A DNA stretch of 64,000 nt from Somniosus microcephalus (lineage: Eukaryota): contig CM126224.1 of NCBI GenBank assembly GCA_052327205.1, forward strand, positions 18,352,001-18,416,000, given 5' to 3'. This document shows, one piece after another, positions 11,398-25,260 of the stretch. The stretch's first letter is position 1. Each line of letters opens with the position of its first letter. Below the pieces are notes generated by a model. That model saw only the letters and a list, made by a program, of their open reading frames with translations. It was not told the DNA's origin and did no database searches. The position numbers were made by a program, and so were the translations under genes.

Positions 11398-12919
11398 TGA
11401 GGCCGATACAGCTACAACCAATTCATAAAACAACAAAGAGGCGAGAATCAAATCAAACACAACAGGGAGCGGGGCGGGGGGTGGGTGGGTGGGGGGGGGG
11501 GGTGAATATAAACGATCACAAAACTCCACTGCAGGACAATACGGGAAGGGGAGATATCCAGCTCCGAGATTCAAGTGGTCACATTTCCACATCTGGCAAG
11601 GTGTGAAAATCAACCCATATTAGTGGAGAGTGAAAAGTCCAAACCATCATCTATCCCACACCAGTTCCACAGGCTCTGGGAACAAATACACGGATCACAG
11701 AAATACTCTCTCTCAAAATGGGACTAGGATCCCCACAAACTCAGAACTAGGTTACAAAGAATGTTAGAATGAGTCGGGATTGTTGTTCGCTCTGTCTCAC
11801 ACAGTTTGTAAACTTGCACAAAAGTGAATGTGAATCACAGCGGCTCCGATAAGCGGCCGTTAAAAATCCAACTAACGCCTCAAGCAAAGAGGGTTGATTC
11901 TGGCCATTCAGTTTGTCTCCATACTGTTGCGTTCTGTTAACGAAGTAATGAACTGACGGGGGAGGGAGGGGGCAGTGAGGTTTGAGGGTTCTGTAAGATC
12001 ACCAATGATATCAGACAGGGCGAGGGGCGGGTGAGCTTCTTCTGGGGGTCCTGGCCCTGGGTCAGGAGTTAGTGTATTTGACATGGAGAATAAATCTTGG
12101 AGCAGCAAACGGAACCAAAACAGGCGCCGAAACCTAATTTAGCGCAGGGGGACAAGGCGTACAATTCACTTTTGAAATGTCAGTAGCAGGGGCCGAGGAC
12201 ATCAAAATGTACAAAACAAACAATCCAAGTAACGGAACCAATACACTGGATGGAACCGCGCTCAATAAACCAGCGGTCAGACAGCGAGCAGCGCTCACAG
12301 CAGGAACTGAAATTAGAAAAGTATAAAATCTAATCCGCGGCTGAAAGGAAAGTATGGGCTCGATAGTATGAATTTTCTCTCTATATGCATAACTGGGGAG
12401 TTTTTAATATCAGTACCAAACGAACGTTGAGCTATATTTAACTGTGTCAAACGAATGATAGTCAAAATTATTTAAAGTCTCGAGGTAAGGCGAGGCACAG
12501 ATTACAACAATTGAAACAACGAGAAACTTGACAGAAGGCGCCACACAGCAGTCTCATTGCAGATGTGAGCTCTTCTCTAAATGCCCCAGGGGCAGAGCTG
12601 TAATAAAACACACACTGGGGAGAAACATGCCAAAATAAATTTAAATGAGTAATCTGGATAAAAATTACTAAACTGCATTGAAACCTAAACAACAAACATC
12701 CTCCTAACCAAAGTGTCTCGAAATATGGTCCCGAAAGAGGCCAGGAACAGCGCGCCACTTCAATATCAATCGGCCACAATGAACCAATCCTATTGAGAGA
12801 GGAGTCCAGTGGCAGCAACACCTGGTTGAATGGCCATTGGTGAAATCCCCTCTCCGTTGTTTATCCACGAGCAATCCAGATGTAGGTGACATTTGGTTGG
12901 ATTTTATTTGGGGCCCACC

Positions 12920-12976
12920 CTTTATTGTGTTTTATTGCGCTAAAGGCGCTATCTAAATGTAAGTTGTTGTTGTTGT
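12920..12976 (+). mobile_element. L2-type 3' tail remnant
   Basis: ...ctaaaggcgctatctaaatgtaagttgttgttgttg matches the L2 tail at 28130-28162. Confidence 0.5.
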
Positions 12977-14431
12977 ATACGTCCTACCACTTTCAGTCCG
13001 TTCCTGCATCACTTAATTCTGCTAGTTCCATCCGAATTGTATTTGAACCGAAAATGGGAATCACTCAGCTTGCGTGTGGGTAAATGAATGCTCAGTGAGT
13101 GGGAAGTGAGATCTTACTGTAGGTACAGCACGTTGCAATATCCAATTTCTTGTCGTCCTGTTAACATCTACACAGTTCAGAAAATAATTAGAACTAGTGG
13201 CTTTTTAATCACACGAGTTTGCTTTTGGATTAAGCAGCCACCTGTCATGGAGACCCCCCCCTTCTCTCTCTCTCTCTCTCTACCCCCTATTTAATGTTAG
13301 TTACACAAGGCGTACACACCTAGACTGAGAACCTGCATTTAAGCATCAGCTATCGGATCGAATTTGTCGCCGAGCTTGGGTGTAAAGCACTCATTACCTG
13401 GATCTACTAACCACCTCCTTTAAGAAATCGGTTTGGTTCAGGTCCCAAAGGAGACCGTACAATACAGACTCGGTCAGAGGAAGTGTACTTCACAGGAGGA
13501 GCCGCAATTACCCTTAAATATCATTCAAACTACTCTCCAAACTGGGCCCAAAAGAGGAGATGATGAAAACTGTCTGCTCATAAGGTAGAGGAACAGCACC
13601 ACAAAGAGAAGCAATCATCTCTAGGCACCCTGGGGCGAACAGTTACATAAAGCTGTCAAACTAACTAGGATTGAAAAATCTGCCAGGGGAAGGGACAAGG
13701 GCCACACTTGAAAGAGAGTTAATGTTGTAGTTTCCGCGTTATTTACGATAGAACAGGACAGTAACGCCACTGCGTATTTATATATGCTAAATAACACCTA
13801 CAGATAATACATTAAGACTCGTGTGTGTTATATTAGTGATAAGAACTTTATTACTTTACAGTTTCATTACTGTCTCATTTAGGTATTTTTGCTGTTCTGG
13901 GTGGCCAGTATAAAGGCAATCAATTCAAGCGACCAATTGTATTAATGTTAAGACCGTTATATATTGGGGTAAATCCTGTCAAAATCTTTGTGATCATATA
14001 CCCCCCCCCCCCCCCTCCTCTCCCAACACAGGAGGAGTGCAGGTTATGGGGCTCTGAATGTGAATCTGACTCTATACCCCCCACATCAAATCGCTGTGCG
14101 AATGCCAGTCAGCATTGCACAGATGGACTCTGACAGGACTTACTATAAGCCTCATTTATCTCCCTTTCCTGCGGATGTTCAGCTCTTTACCGATTGACAG
14201 CAGATAATGTCTGAGAAACTATCCCGGACTTCAGAATGTTAAGAGAGCAAAATCCGCAACTGAAAAAGTGTGCTGATTTATAGTTCTGGTAAAATCATTC
14301 ACACCCCGACACCCACTCCCAGGAAATGGGTTACAGGTGGGGGAGGGAAAGGAGGTTTAGGAATTGAGCGACTCAAATGTCCCTCAATTCTCCTCCGATG
14401 CGGGTGTGGTATTGATGGCAGCTTTCGGAAC

Positions 14432-14578
14432 TGCCCCCCGTCCCCCTGCTCCCTGCCCCCTGCCCCCCGTCCCCCTGCTCCCTGCCCCCGTCCCCCTGCT
14501 CCCTGCTCCCCTGTCTCCTACCCCTGTCCCCCACTCCCCCCCCCCCCCGTCCCCCACTCCCTACCCTCCGTCCCCCAC
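14432..14578. repeat. C-rich simple repeat (about 20-bp unit ccccgtccccctgctccctg), G-quadruplex-prone on the minus strand
   Basis: Visible imperfect tandem units in barhl1 intron 2. Confidence 0.8.
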
Positions 14579-15119
14579 TTTAAAGCCAGCTCTACAAGGA
14601 CTAGTTGCCAATCCCGGCCGCGAGTAGTAATCTACCAGTGACACTGACAGGACGATATATAGAGAGAGACTGAGAGGGGGGGCTCGGCCCTTACCTTGCC
14701 GTGGACCCGGGGACAGGCTCGGTGTAACTTCTGCCGCTCCTTACCCCCCAGCGCTTGACATTCAGTTACAGAGACCTGCCGGGGACCCGTGCCTCGGCTT
14801 GCGACCTGTGCCCTGACACTCAATCTCACTCCATTAAGACATCCTTGAACTGTAGCCGGCGAGGAGCGGAACATAATTAAAAGTTAATCGATCGATTGAT
14901 TGGTGACAGAATTGGGATCCTCCGAGAGACAGCCTGCCTTTAAAAATTAGGCTGATTGATAAATCCCCATTAGTGAGGATACTGACAGCTCATACATTAA
15001 TTAATGGGAGCCACAACCATCATTTTATCAACTAAACACACGCCCGCCTTTCTTAAAGTGATGGGGAATTTAAGAATTCCCCCCTAAAGCAGCAATAGTT
15101 TTTTTTATTAAAGCCAGTT

Positions 15120-15430
15120 TCACAGAATCACAGAATCTACAGTGCAGATAGAGGCCATTTCGGCCCATTGAGCCTGCACCAACACATATCCCACCCTACC
15201 CCCGTAACCCCACGTATTTAATCCCCTAACACTAAGGGTCAATTTATCATAGCCAATCAACCTAACCTGCACATCTTTGGACTGTGGGAGGAAACCGGAG
15301 CACCCGGAGTAAACCCACGCAAACACGGGGAGAATGTGCAAACTCCACACAGTCGCCCGAGGCCGGATTTGAACCCGGGTCCCTGGCGCTGTGAGGCAAC
15401 AGTGCTAACCACTATGCCACCGTGCCACCC
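15120..15430 (-). mobile_element. HE1-type V-SINE (tRNA-derived head, V-domain, CR1/HER1-like tail)
   Basis: Reverse complement: GGCACGGTGGCATAGTGGTTAGCAC...GGTTCAAATCC (A/B boxes), V-domain TGTGTGGAGTTTGCACATTCTCCCCGTG...CCGGTTTCCTCCCACAGTCCAAAGATGTGC, tail GGGCCGAAATGGCC...(GATTCTGT)n. Confidence 0.92.
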
Positions 15431-16771
15431 CCCCCCCCCAAGTTTATTGACGAATAAATGACATTCTGGTTGCCACCATTCTAATTGTGATGTGAACAAA
15501 CTGAGAGAGAGTGTGTGAGAGAGAGAGATGCAGGTGGAGCGGATCATTGAAAGAAGTGGCGGTGAGATGGTTTAATGGGAAGGACGGTGACAATTGGGCT
15601 GATTGCGGCGGATCAGCGGGGCTCTGGGATCGGACTGTCCCACCAGGAATGGCAGGAAGTTCAGAGTCTGGAGACAGTCACATTACTTGTTGAAACTACT
15701 CGGGACTGCGGCGGCGGCGCGCTGAGAATAGGTCCCAGATAAAAGGAAGCAATTTAGTAAAGATTCTGTAATGCAGATGTTATATAAACCGGTACAAATC
15801 AGAGAGTCCAGTCCCGGGAATGAACAGGGCGCTGCCCGGAGCAAAGAGCTCTCTCGATCTCTGTCTTCTCCATTCGGGTTTATTCCGCCCCCCGCTCCCT
15901 CTGAACATTCCCGCCCGGCAGGAAATAGAACTTTAGAAATACCGAGACTGAATATAAAACGACCGAACGCGAAATTAAGAACAATGGAAGGAATTTAAGA
16001 ACGATTTAAAAATCGGAGGAAGGGTCTCCCTTTCAGAAAGGGGAATGCTCTCCCAACGCTCATTCCTTTATACAAACTTTGGGAAATAGCCAAGGAGCTG
16101 TTTGGAAATGAGTTTTCGTTGCCGGTTTCCTCCCCCCCCCCCCCAGATCAGGCTGATTCTCACTCCGAGGTTTAACGTTTGCAGGAATTAGCTGAGATCT
16201 CAGTTAATATTGTCAGAGTTTAAAAATAAAGATAAAGATATCATTTACAGCTCGTCTCCAAACGATATCGGTGCCGACCTGACCAAGCTGTGTGGAATCT
16301 TGGACTTAAAATCCAGTGATTATTTATCCCAGTTATTAAGAATCACATATATCTATATCTATGATAAATACATCCGAATGATGATGGCCAGCACACTAAG
16401 GGCTGCACAACACACAAACACACTGATCCCACAGACTGGGCTGAGACGCTGGTTCATGAGTTGCCTCCTGAACCCCTTTCAATCAAAGGACGGTGTCTCC
16501 AAATCCTGGTCCGGCTTCCATTCACTGCTAGGAACTAAGGTCCAGTTATGTAACAGCCGAGTTGTGATGCAACCTGGTTTGCATTCATTCAACGGAGACT
16601 GATCAAAGCACACATTTAATCTGGAGAAACGAAGAAATAAGAGAATAAACTCGCTTTATGTTGTGGAGTGGGGAGCACATTGGAATTTGAAGTGTTAAGA
16701 TTGGAAGCTCTTTAATGCAGGTTTAACTCGAGCTGTGGAATTCATTCTTTGCCCCTTTTCCCCCCCAACAG

Positions 16772-17063
16772 GACCAAGTGGAAAAGACAGACAGCAGTGG
16801 GACTGGAACTTTTGGCGGAGGCTGGCAACTATTCGGCCCTGCAACGCATGTTCCCATCACCTTATTTCTACCACCCCAACGTCGTCTCCAACCTGGACCC
16901 GACGGCCATGTACATGTACCGGGGTCCCGCCGCTCCTCACCCCGTCATCCAGCGACCCATCGTTCCCCGGGTGCTCATCCACGGACTGGCAGCGGGGGGC
17001 GAGCAGCCGCCGCCCCTTCCCGGCCTCGCAGGTGTCCTTCCCCGGCCGCCGCAGCCACGGTGA
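16772..17063 (+). CDS. barhl1: BarH-like homeobox 1, coding exon 3 to stop codon
   Basis: Acceptor ttttcccccccaacag| at 16770-16771. Reads TKWKRQTAVGLELLAEAGNYSALQRMFPSPYFY...VPRVLIHGL...GVLPRPPQPR*. Spliced CDS is 451+223+292=966 nt, giving 321 aa plus stop. Confidence 0.98.
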
Positions 17064-17684
17064 GCCGCTCCCCCCCGGCCCTCTCTCCCCCCACCCAACC
17101 ACCCCCCGCTTGGACTTTAGTGGGAAACCCAGGAAATACCAACAGAAAAAAAAATCAAAATACAAAAAAAATGCTCCAGTATTTAAAAAAAATAAGTGAA
17201 ACAATTTTTAAAAAGATTGTAATCTACTGTATTTATGGGTTTTATTTTCAAACTTTTTTGTGTAAAAAGTGAGAGGTTTTTAACTGTGATACAAACATAG
17301 TCTTAATTTAAAATTGTTTCAATTCATCCTCGGCATCTATAGTTTATTATTTTTCTTTTAAAAATATTTATAGTTTTTTACAAAATGGAAATCAACTTCA
17401 TGTTATGGAAACAGTAATTGGTCCCCAGTAATGTTGCACTATTTAAAAAAAATACTTTTTGTTGTTTATTGAACATTTAAATTATACAATTTATTTATTT
17501 TAAAAATAAGTTACCACGATGGACGAGTCTTGTGTATTATATTGTATATATATACCCCTGTGAGCCTATCGAGCTTGATTTTTAACCGTGCACATTTTTG
17601 GGTACAGTTTCATGTTGTGTTTTGATTTGAGCTGGGCGTAGATTGAAGACGAGAGAGATCACTAACACCCCACACCCACCCCCT

Positions 17685-17862
17685 GTATTACAAATATGAT
17701 TATTTATTGAATACTGACAGCAGCAGTGGAGTTGGAGCCGGCAGCTGTTAGCGCGGCAGCCTGGGAGCGGCACCCCGGCTCCGGGAGACTGACAGATGGG
17801 CAGCGGGTCTTGGCATTCCCCGGCGCACTCAGCTCCCAGCAGAAAGAAACAAAGAACAAAAA
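17685..17862. promoter_or_regulatory. Candidate barhl1 3' enhancer (bHLH E-boxes, TALE and Sox motifs)
   Basis: GC-rich island within AT-rich 3' sequence. CAGCTG at 17742-17747, GACAGATGG at 17791-17799, TGACAG at about 17715 and 17790, AACAAAG near 17848. Confidence 0.55.
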
Positions 17863-18548
17863 AAAAAGACATTCGTACACAAAAAAAAATCCGGGAACCG
17901 TTTGGTTCCACTTACCAATACTCAACAAGTCAGCACTGCGGGTTTAAAGAGAAAAAAACGGTTTGAAAAATGCAATCAATCCATTTTCTATCTATATCCC
18001 CGTTCTTTGGTATTTGTCCTGAGTACCCTTGCTTGAAATTCCTGTTAAGTGAAATCTCCCCCTTTCCAATTATAGATCTTAAAAATATCCACAGCTCTAA
18101 TTGCATCGTCAGTTTCCACAGCACGTCTTGCAACCTGATCGTGACCAAAAAAAAAGTCTGATTGCTGTTTAAATGGAATGAGTGTCCTTTCGAACAGTGT
18201 GTTTAAATGTGAATTCCTGTAACTGTCAGCAACCTGTCTGTCACACCTCAGTATTCCACTTAATAGGAACTGAGCGCAGCAACAAGGAGAGAACAAGAAA
18301 CCGAGTTTCACCGTCTAATGTTCCGCTTCCAGAGTTCCCAAACATTATTATTTTTATACCAGTAGATTGTCAATGGAGAATTTCAACACGTCAAGACCAT
18401 TTTCTTGCAGGCTCTTCCAGAATCAGTGACCCTTTCCGTTTAAATCTCCTCTATTTCTGTTTATACTTGTCATTTGTAAAATATTGAAAGGCAAATTATG
18501 GAAGAATGTGCAACACAGTTCCATCCTTTTTTTAATTATATATCGGTC

Positions 18549-18554
18549 AATAAA
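18549..18554 (+). terminator. Candidate barhl1 polyadenylation signal
   Basis: First canonical AATAAA I see downstream of the barhl1 stop. A non-canonical signal in the AT-rich 17450-17520 zone is also possible. Confidence 0.35.
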
Positions 18555-21500
18555 GGATTCGCTCTTATTTATTAAAAAAAAGTGTACTGGCAAAACTCAG
18601 ATGTGCATTTTCAATTCTAGAACCTTTTGAAGTGCTAACGATCGGGGTTCGAAACACAACTTTTGTAGAATAAAGCGTCCCGGGGATGAGATGATGCTCG
18701 TTTTAGGGGGACACAGCCCGACTCTTGGCTCCTCCGAAGGGTCCCGACGTGATTCCTTTAAAGGCAACATCCGGATTTCACTCCCTATTTTGACCTGTTC
18801 CCTCTACGCTGACAGGGCGAGCAGACGATCTACTTCGAAGTCTGTGCTCTGTGTTCAGTAAATGCTGTTCAGAGACACACAAGACCCGGGGTTTGGGGGA
18901 CTTGTCCTCCCATTTTCCTTCCCTGTGCGGAGAGATATGCCCCACCCTCAGGGAACCCAGCTGAGATCAGTAACCCATTGTGGGGAAAGGTGAGGCATCT
19001 CTTTGAGGTGCTTTGGGTGTAGCTGTACAGTTAGCCCACAGTCACATTTAATGGCACTTTTGCCCCAACTGCAGTTTTAGTTTGTGTGGTGAAGGAGGGA
19101 GCCCACTACTCCCTTGAATCAAATTGAACCAGTAAAATGTGGCAACGGTTAACCAGTCAGCTGAGTGCTGGGAAGCCCATATTAGATTAATATTAATATC
19201 CTGTTTTTTATTTTAATATTAATGAGATTACATAATCATCAGATACTTAAGAGTAACATAAGAGGGTTTGGGGAACATTATAAATGTTGATCATGAGGTT
19301 TGGGCAGTTTCTGTCCTGATGTAGGTTACAGTCTGGTGACTGTTGGGTATTGGCTGTTTTATATAACATTTGTCAAACTTATTTCAATTTGAGAGAGGCG
19401 GGAAATTGATCCTTTTACAGGGGTTATTTTTTTAAAGGTTTCCGCTGCTTTATAGATCACACTGGGGCATCCGTGGGGAAATGTTGGCTGTAAGTTCGGG
19501 TTTGTAATAAGAGTTTTGAAGCTTGATAAATACCTTTAGGGAGACCGCCTGACTCACTTAAGGGAATGACACCTCCCTGTGATGTAATCACTGCAGCACC
19601 AGGCGACCGATGAACAGAACCAGATTGCTTCTTGTCGTGGGCGAGAGTTAGTGACCACCCCATACATCCGGGTGGTAATATTGTCTTTCAATTTTTTTGG
19701 TGTAAATAATTTCTATCGACACAGGGTTATACGGTGCTTCTTGCAACCTGGTGGGCATGAATGCTAGTCCAGTTGGGTTGAAACCCGTGAACATATTGTT
19801 TTTGTTTGTATTCAGCCAATGCCGATTTTATTTGGATTGATATATTTTGCATTACAAAAATCGTTCTAAAATTGCTGTTCAATGTTTTTAAAATCTCAAT
19901 TTAAACAGAATAACCAGGGCATTACTTGTCATTTGTTATTGCATTTCGACGCAATAGGATTTATTTTTTTTAAAGTATGAAATTATAACATAGACATGTA
20001 AATATGATAATTGTCAAAAAGGAATGAATTGACAAAACTTTAAATGAAATTTGATTTCGTTTTTAAACAATAATCCAGGCCTCTTGATGACCTGTTTCTC
20101 CACTAAGCCCGTGACACAGACACCCCCTAAACAGGAACATCATTCTTTTTTAATGATAAATTTGTTTGGAAATTCAGAATTTTATCAAAAGTAAGTTTTT
20201 CTTTCCAAATAGTTGGAATCATGGGCAAAACGCGGGGGCTGTTTGGTTGTTTGTATAATAGTTTGTCTGCGGTTTCCCTATTTACAGACAGTGTACATCG
20301 TGTAAGAACAAGCCTGTGGGAATCTGCTTATTGCAACTGGGTGGGTTTGACTTGCATATCGCACGGTTGGAAACACAAACTCTAATTACCATTGCATCTT
20401 CAAGGCGTTTTGCTGTCAGGTTAAGAGGTTCAGGGTATAAAACTCCGCGCATTAAGTCCTGTATTCCTGGAGAATTCAAAGGCTGTGGTATACCTGACGA
20501 GAGAGTCAGGAGCAAGTTTAAAAAATCCGACAGAGGGTTGACTTCTACAACCGAATACTTACTCCACAGCTCTCATTAATGTGACGGAACACAGCGCAGT
20601 TTGCCAACGTTGTATTTCATGGCAAATATATACACTATATAAATATTCACTAGTGGCTTCTTACACACCCGATTAGCTGGCGATTGTACGAGGTTTATTA
20701 AAGGGCATTCGTACACTACTTGTTGTACTTTCTGCATTTAGTTCTGATCATAGTTGGTTAGAATATATTTGTAGAACATCGTGTGCTGTAAACATTCTCG
20801 TTTCTCTCTCAACCTAACAGCAACAGGTGTAAATCCAGACTGGTCTGATTTAAAGCTCTTCAGGCTTTGAGCATCATTCCTGTGGACATGTATCCATTCG
20901 GATGTCACTCTGGAGTTGAAAACCCACTTTGTGATGCCGATTTGATATGGTCTGTGCGGTGTACCTGCCTTATACCCATTAACCTGGTGCTGTGTGTGGC
21001 CGAGTTCAGCCACAAAGTGTAGACACTGGGTGATATTCAGTTTGGAACAATGTGACTTGAATTAGACCAGAGCCCTGAAATGGCACGATTGGATATTACC
21101 CTGGCTCCTCCGAAATGTCTCTCTCCGCTATCTTTGCTTGTTTAAATCAAATGGGCCATCGCCTCCAGTAAAATGAGAGAGAGGAATTTCAGACAAACAC
21201 CTTCATCATTCGTACACAAATATCCCGCTGCCTCAGTTCAGGTCCGAGATTTCTAATTTAAATGTTTTTTTTTACAGAAAAATGGGCATAAAGTGGAACT
21301 TTCAAAGTTGCCACTTTACTCTCAATTTGGAAATTCTGTTGATTGAATGATCCATCTCATTAAGATAGAATATGAATAAAAAACCTCTCCATTGCTCTAG
21401 ATTTAAAACATTACCGTAAGGATGATGTGATCAGAATGAGGTTCCTCTCTTTAATGAACATTAAAAAAAAAATCAGCAAACATTAAAATTAACCAGGGTA

Positions 21501-24236
21501 TTTTCAATGCACATTTAAAAAAAAATTGGCTCTGTGATAATGTCCATTTTCTAGTTAGGTGGTTTGATCGCCGGTAATGAACAATGAGATTATATAAACA
21601 TCATTAATAGGTAGAGTCTGTACTACAAGAGCCACTAATCCGAACGCGTCAGCACCGAATACAGCTCAGACTAGCGATTTACCGCTCACACTCTGACGGG
21701 CTACTGATGCCTCTAAAGAAAACGGAGGGGTGGAAGTTAGGAGAGAGAATCGCTATTTAAATATCACAGTACTGGAAGAACACAGCACAGAAACAGCTGA
21801 TAGCAAAAAGCATTCTGCTCCTCCAGCAACGTGTTGTTTAAAGAGCGATTTTCCCTCCGGACTTCTAAAGCTGGATTTAAGTATGAATCTTTTAACTATG
21901 GAAAGATATTTCGCTGCCATCAGTTATCGGACCAGTCACACACCCAATGCCACTTTGTCCATAGCTAAAAATACCAGTCCCACACTGGGGAGTAGCGTTA
22001 AGTTTCTGTGTACCAAAGTCACAGATTAATGCTCAAAGCTGATATGCATTTTTTACATAGTCTACCAAATAAGTTACTCAATCTGATAAAAGACTACACC
22101 AAATAGGAAGGATTCTTTTTGCAATAGGAAGTGCCATCACTAGCGGTGTTTGGATGAGTGCTGTCCCACTGTACGAGATGAAGCCCTGTAAAATTATTAT
22201 TCCAGTAAATAACCAACCACACATTTTACCAGCCACTAAACTGTAACCATTTTTGTGAACCTTCCCCCACCCCCATTTCAATCATGCAACACAAAGTCAC
22301 ACTGATACCGTATCTGGTCAATCAGAGTGTAAGGAGCTGGCACAGGGGGAGGGAAATAGTGGAAGTAGCGGAGGACCTCAAATTGGAAAGTTCATTCATA
22401 TTTAAAAAAAAAACACAAGCATAAACATAAATATCCGCTGGTGTGCTGGAGGACGGCAGAGAGTCGGGCTCTGGTGAATGGTTAAGTTGTTCTGCCGTGC
22501 TCCCCACCGCCCCAACCTGGCTCGAGTTCTTGTGTTGCAGCACACTCCCAGTCCTCTGTTACTCTCTGTATAATGTATACCAGGTATGCTATCCCCCAGG
22601 AACGAGCAAATAAATGTAACCCAGTATCATAGTAGTTCGCATCTTGTAAGTTTCATTCAGGTCACGCAACTTTGTGGCAGGAGCCTGCTGTCAATTGCAG
22701 CCAGCCCATAAAACCCACCACCAAAAATAGAAAAATACAAGAGCGGGGAATAAACCCACCCCCGTGAATTGCACCTGTACAATGGACATGCTTCAAGGAC
22801 GGAGCACGTCCCGGGGTTGAGATGGTTCTTGAGAAAGTGCTCCAGCTTTGCTCTTGTGGTTTAGGACACCCGACTGGAATTTGGGGACTGAAACTGCCTT
22901 TGAACAGCATTATCTCAACTCCTCGCTGCTTTGGAAGGAATCCCAGGCCGTCCGTTGTCCTCTATGCCACACGCTTTAGCACACAGTCTTATCGTGGGTG
23001 CAAATCCGTGTCAGTAGTTTCACACTTGTAAAAATAAATGTACAAACTTATTCTTAATTCGGTCATATTTCATGTTTTCCAGACCCAACCCCTGGGTGAA
23101 TTATACGATGGAACAAAATGTACCCGTTTCTTAGTTTTTAATTTCTGTAATTCATTCCTCTCAACAAAGTCACATTTCAGCGCCGAGTTGAGTAAACTGA
23201 TGCCGCCTTTGATGTACCGATGAATAAAGCTGCTCTCAAATGGAGTGATTAGGGAAAGGAAACAGACATGGGTTTAAAGAAAATACAATCAAAAATAGAT
23301 TCAACAAACCAGGGCAGTTTAGTTTGGCCCTTTCATATCTTTTGCAACTTTAAGAATCCACATTCAATCATCTACAATTCAAAGCGAGAATGCTCCATTC
23401 CTTATGTTGAAGGTCTGAGCTGCGTGCAGCTCTTTTACTGTATTATTTGAACAGAAATACAAGAGAATCTATATTGGTGTGTTTACAGCAGCGCAGAAAG
23501 ACGGCTTCAGCTCTCCAAGGGCTGTTTGAGGGAGAAAAAAAGTTGGCCGAGTGTGTAGGAGAGAGTTCTGGCTAAGTGCACAGCAGCTGATTAAATCAAG
23601 AAGTTTTTTTTGTTGAAAAAAATATATTTATTTGGGGAAAATCCGCTGTTTATCTGTGCTTGTTAGCATGTGAAAGGGTCTGGCAAATCCCCCCGGCCTT
23701 GGGCAGGATCCTAGCCGACTCAGGGTTAATGAAGTGACGGACAGAATCTCTCTGAGACTCGCAGAACAAAAAAGCAGCACAACAAAACGAGAGGATTCTG
23801 CAAGGATTGACTTAAACCCAGGGGATGATGAGAGGTTGCTTATAATCTCATTGCTTATAATCTCATTGCTTAATAATGAAATCAAATCAGGGCACAACAA
23901 AGTTTTTCTTTAAATTAAATTTATAACCTCTCTCAAAGAATAAAAAAGAGAAACACTCCACAGGATGAGGTTTACAAATAACCTGTAATTAAAATCTGAA
24001 GATTAAGACTTTTTTTTTTGTTTTGACGAGTTGTGAAATTAACCTAATAGCTTTCAAAAGAATGTATAATGTATACAAGCTGGAAATGAAAGAACACACC
24101 AGCCCAGCGAGAGAGCGCAGCCCAGTTTGAAAAGCTTCCAAGAAAAACTTACATCAACATTAAAGGTAATAACAGAGCTTTGAAAATCTGAGGTTTAAAA
24201 CTGGACAACAACTGCAATGGATCAAAACATCTCCAG

Positions 24237-24242
24237 TTTATT
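24237..24242 (-). terminator. Candidate ddx31 polyadenylation signal
   Basis: AATAAA on the minus strand with upstream TGTA and a downstream GT/T-rich stretch (gatgttttgatccattgcagttgttgtcc). Alternative AATAAA at 24409-24414 and 25279-25284. Confidence 0.45.
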
Positions 24243-25039
24243 TGTTTTTTTACACTGTCTCAGTCACTGGCAATACTCACATCAATTAAATACATGTTGG
24301 TATTAATTTTAAAAAAAGGTATGGAATTGAGTTAAAAATTTCAATGACATAAATTTTGATAAATAGCAATTTTTAAGATGAAATTCACATTTTAAAATTT
24401 CCAATTTGTTTATTGTATATAAAAAGACCACCTTGAATTTTAATAAAAGGCAGTCCTATCCGTTCATGCAACCTTCTTTCCGCCTGTTCTTCAATTTCAT
24501 AACAGACACGGAGTTTTGTCAACATTCTTTCTCTGAAATCAGAACATAATTAAGTACACATGATTGACAGTATTCTAGGTTATGATGTGTCTTTAGGCTG
24601 GATTACAGGTATTGTCAAAGGGGACTTCAGGCTGCCTGGGAAGTATTAAGATGGAGGTGAAACACATTGGATGGCTGAGCTGAAATATAGGGAACTAAGA
24701 CAGGACAATCTGGGATATAAGTCACCATCCGATGTCTAGTTCAAGCCCTTACACTACAGGGCACCCACCTATAAACTAGTGTGAGTTATGGAACATCCAT
24801 GAAATCAAGATTGTGCAGATCATCCACCAGATTTGATATACCTGAGACTGTGCTATCTGATTACCTGGTAAAAGGATTGGGATGGTTTTAGCTTGTTAGC
24901 TTCCTGCATTAGCCAGCTATCTATTATCTAGTGGACGTGGTGAATTTGTGATTCTTTGCTTTAGACGCAGTACTTGGAAGATTGCAACTGTGATTTGTTC
25001 CACTTTCATGCACACCCATCTTCCTTGTCTGTTATGGAG

Positions 25040-25260
25040 CTGCTTGTAGGGACGTTGAACACTGCTCCGCTTATCTTTGGTACCTGGGTTTGTATCCAGA
25101 GCAGATAGATGGGATGAATGTCTATTCTCTCAGATGCGTGTCTGCATATCACAATGTGTTCGAATACTAACCGCACATCTTTGGGACCTGGGTTTGCATC
25201 TGACTTAGGAGGGGAGCTTCAAAAGCTGCAAAGCATCCTCTGTGAAATTAGTTCAAATCC
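25040..25260 (+). mobile_element. Degraded LF-SINE-like head fragment(s), probably within the ddx31 3'UTR
   Basis: ctttggtacctgggtttgtatccagagcagatagatgggatgaatgtc resembles the heads at 50378-50430 and 46600-46670. Confidence 0.4.

Noticed and set aside
14270-14641. Proline-rich ORFs in barhl1 intron 2
   Set aside because: Translation of a C-rich simple repeat.
23836-23872. 15-bp tandem duplication (also an 18-bp duplication at about 59166-59200)
   Set aside because: Ordinary slippage duplications with no further structure.
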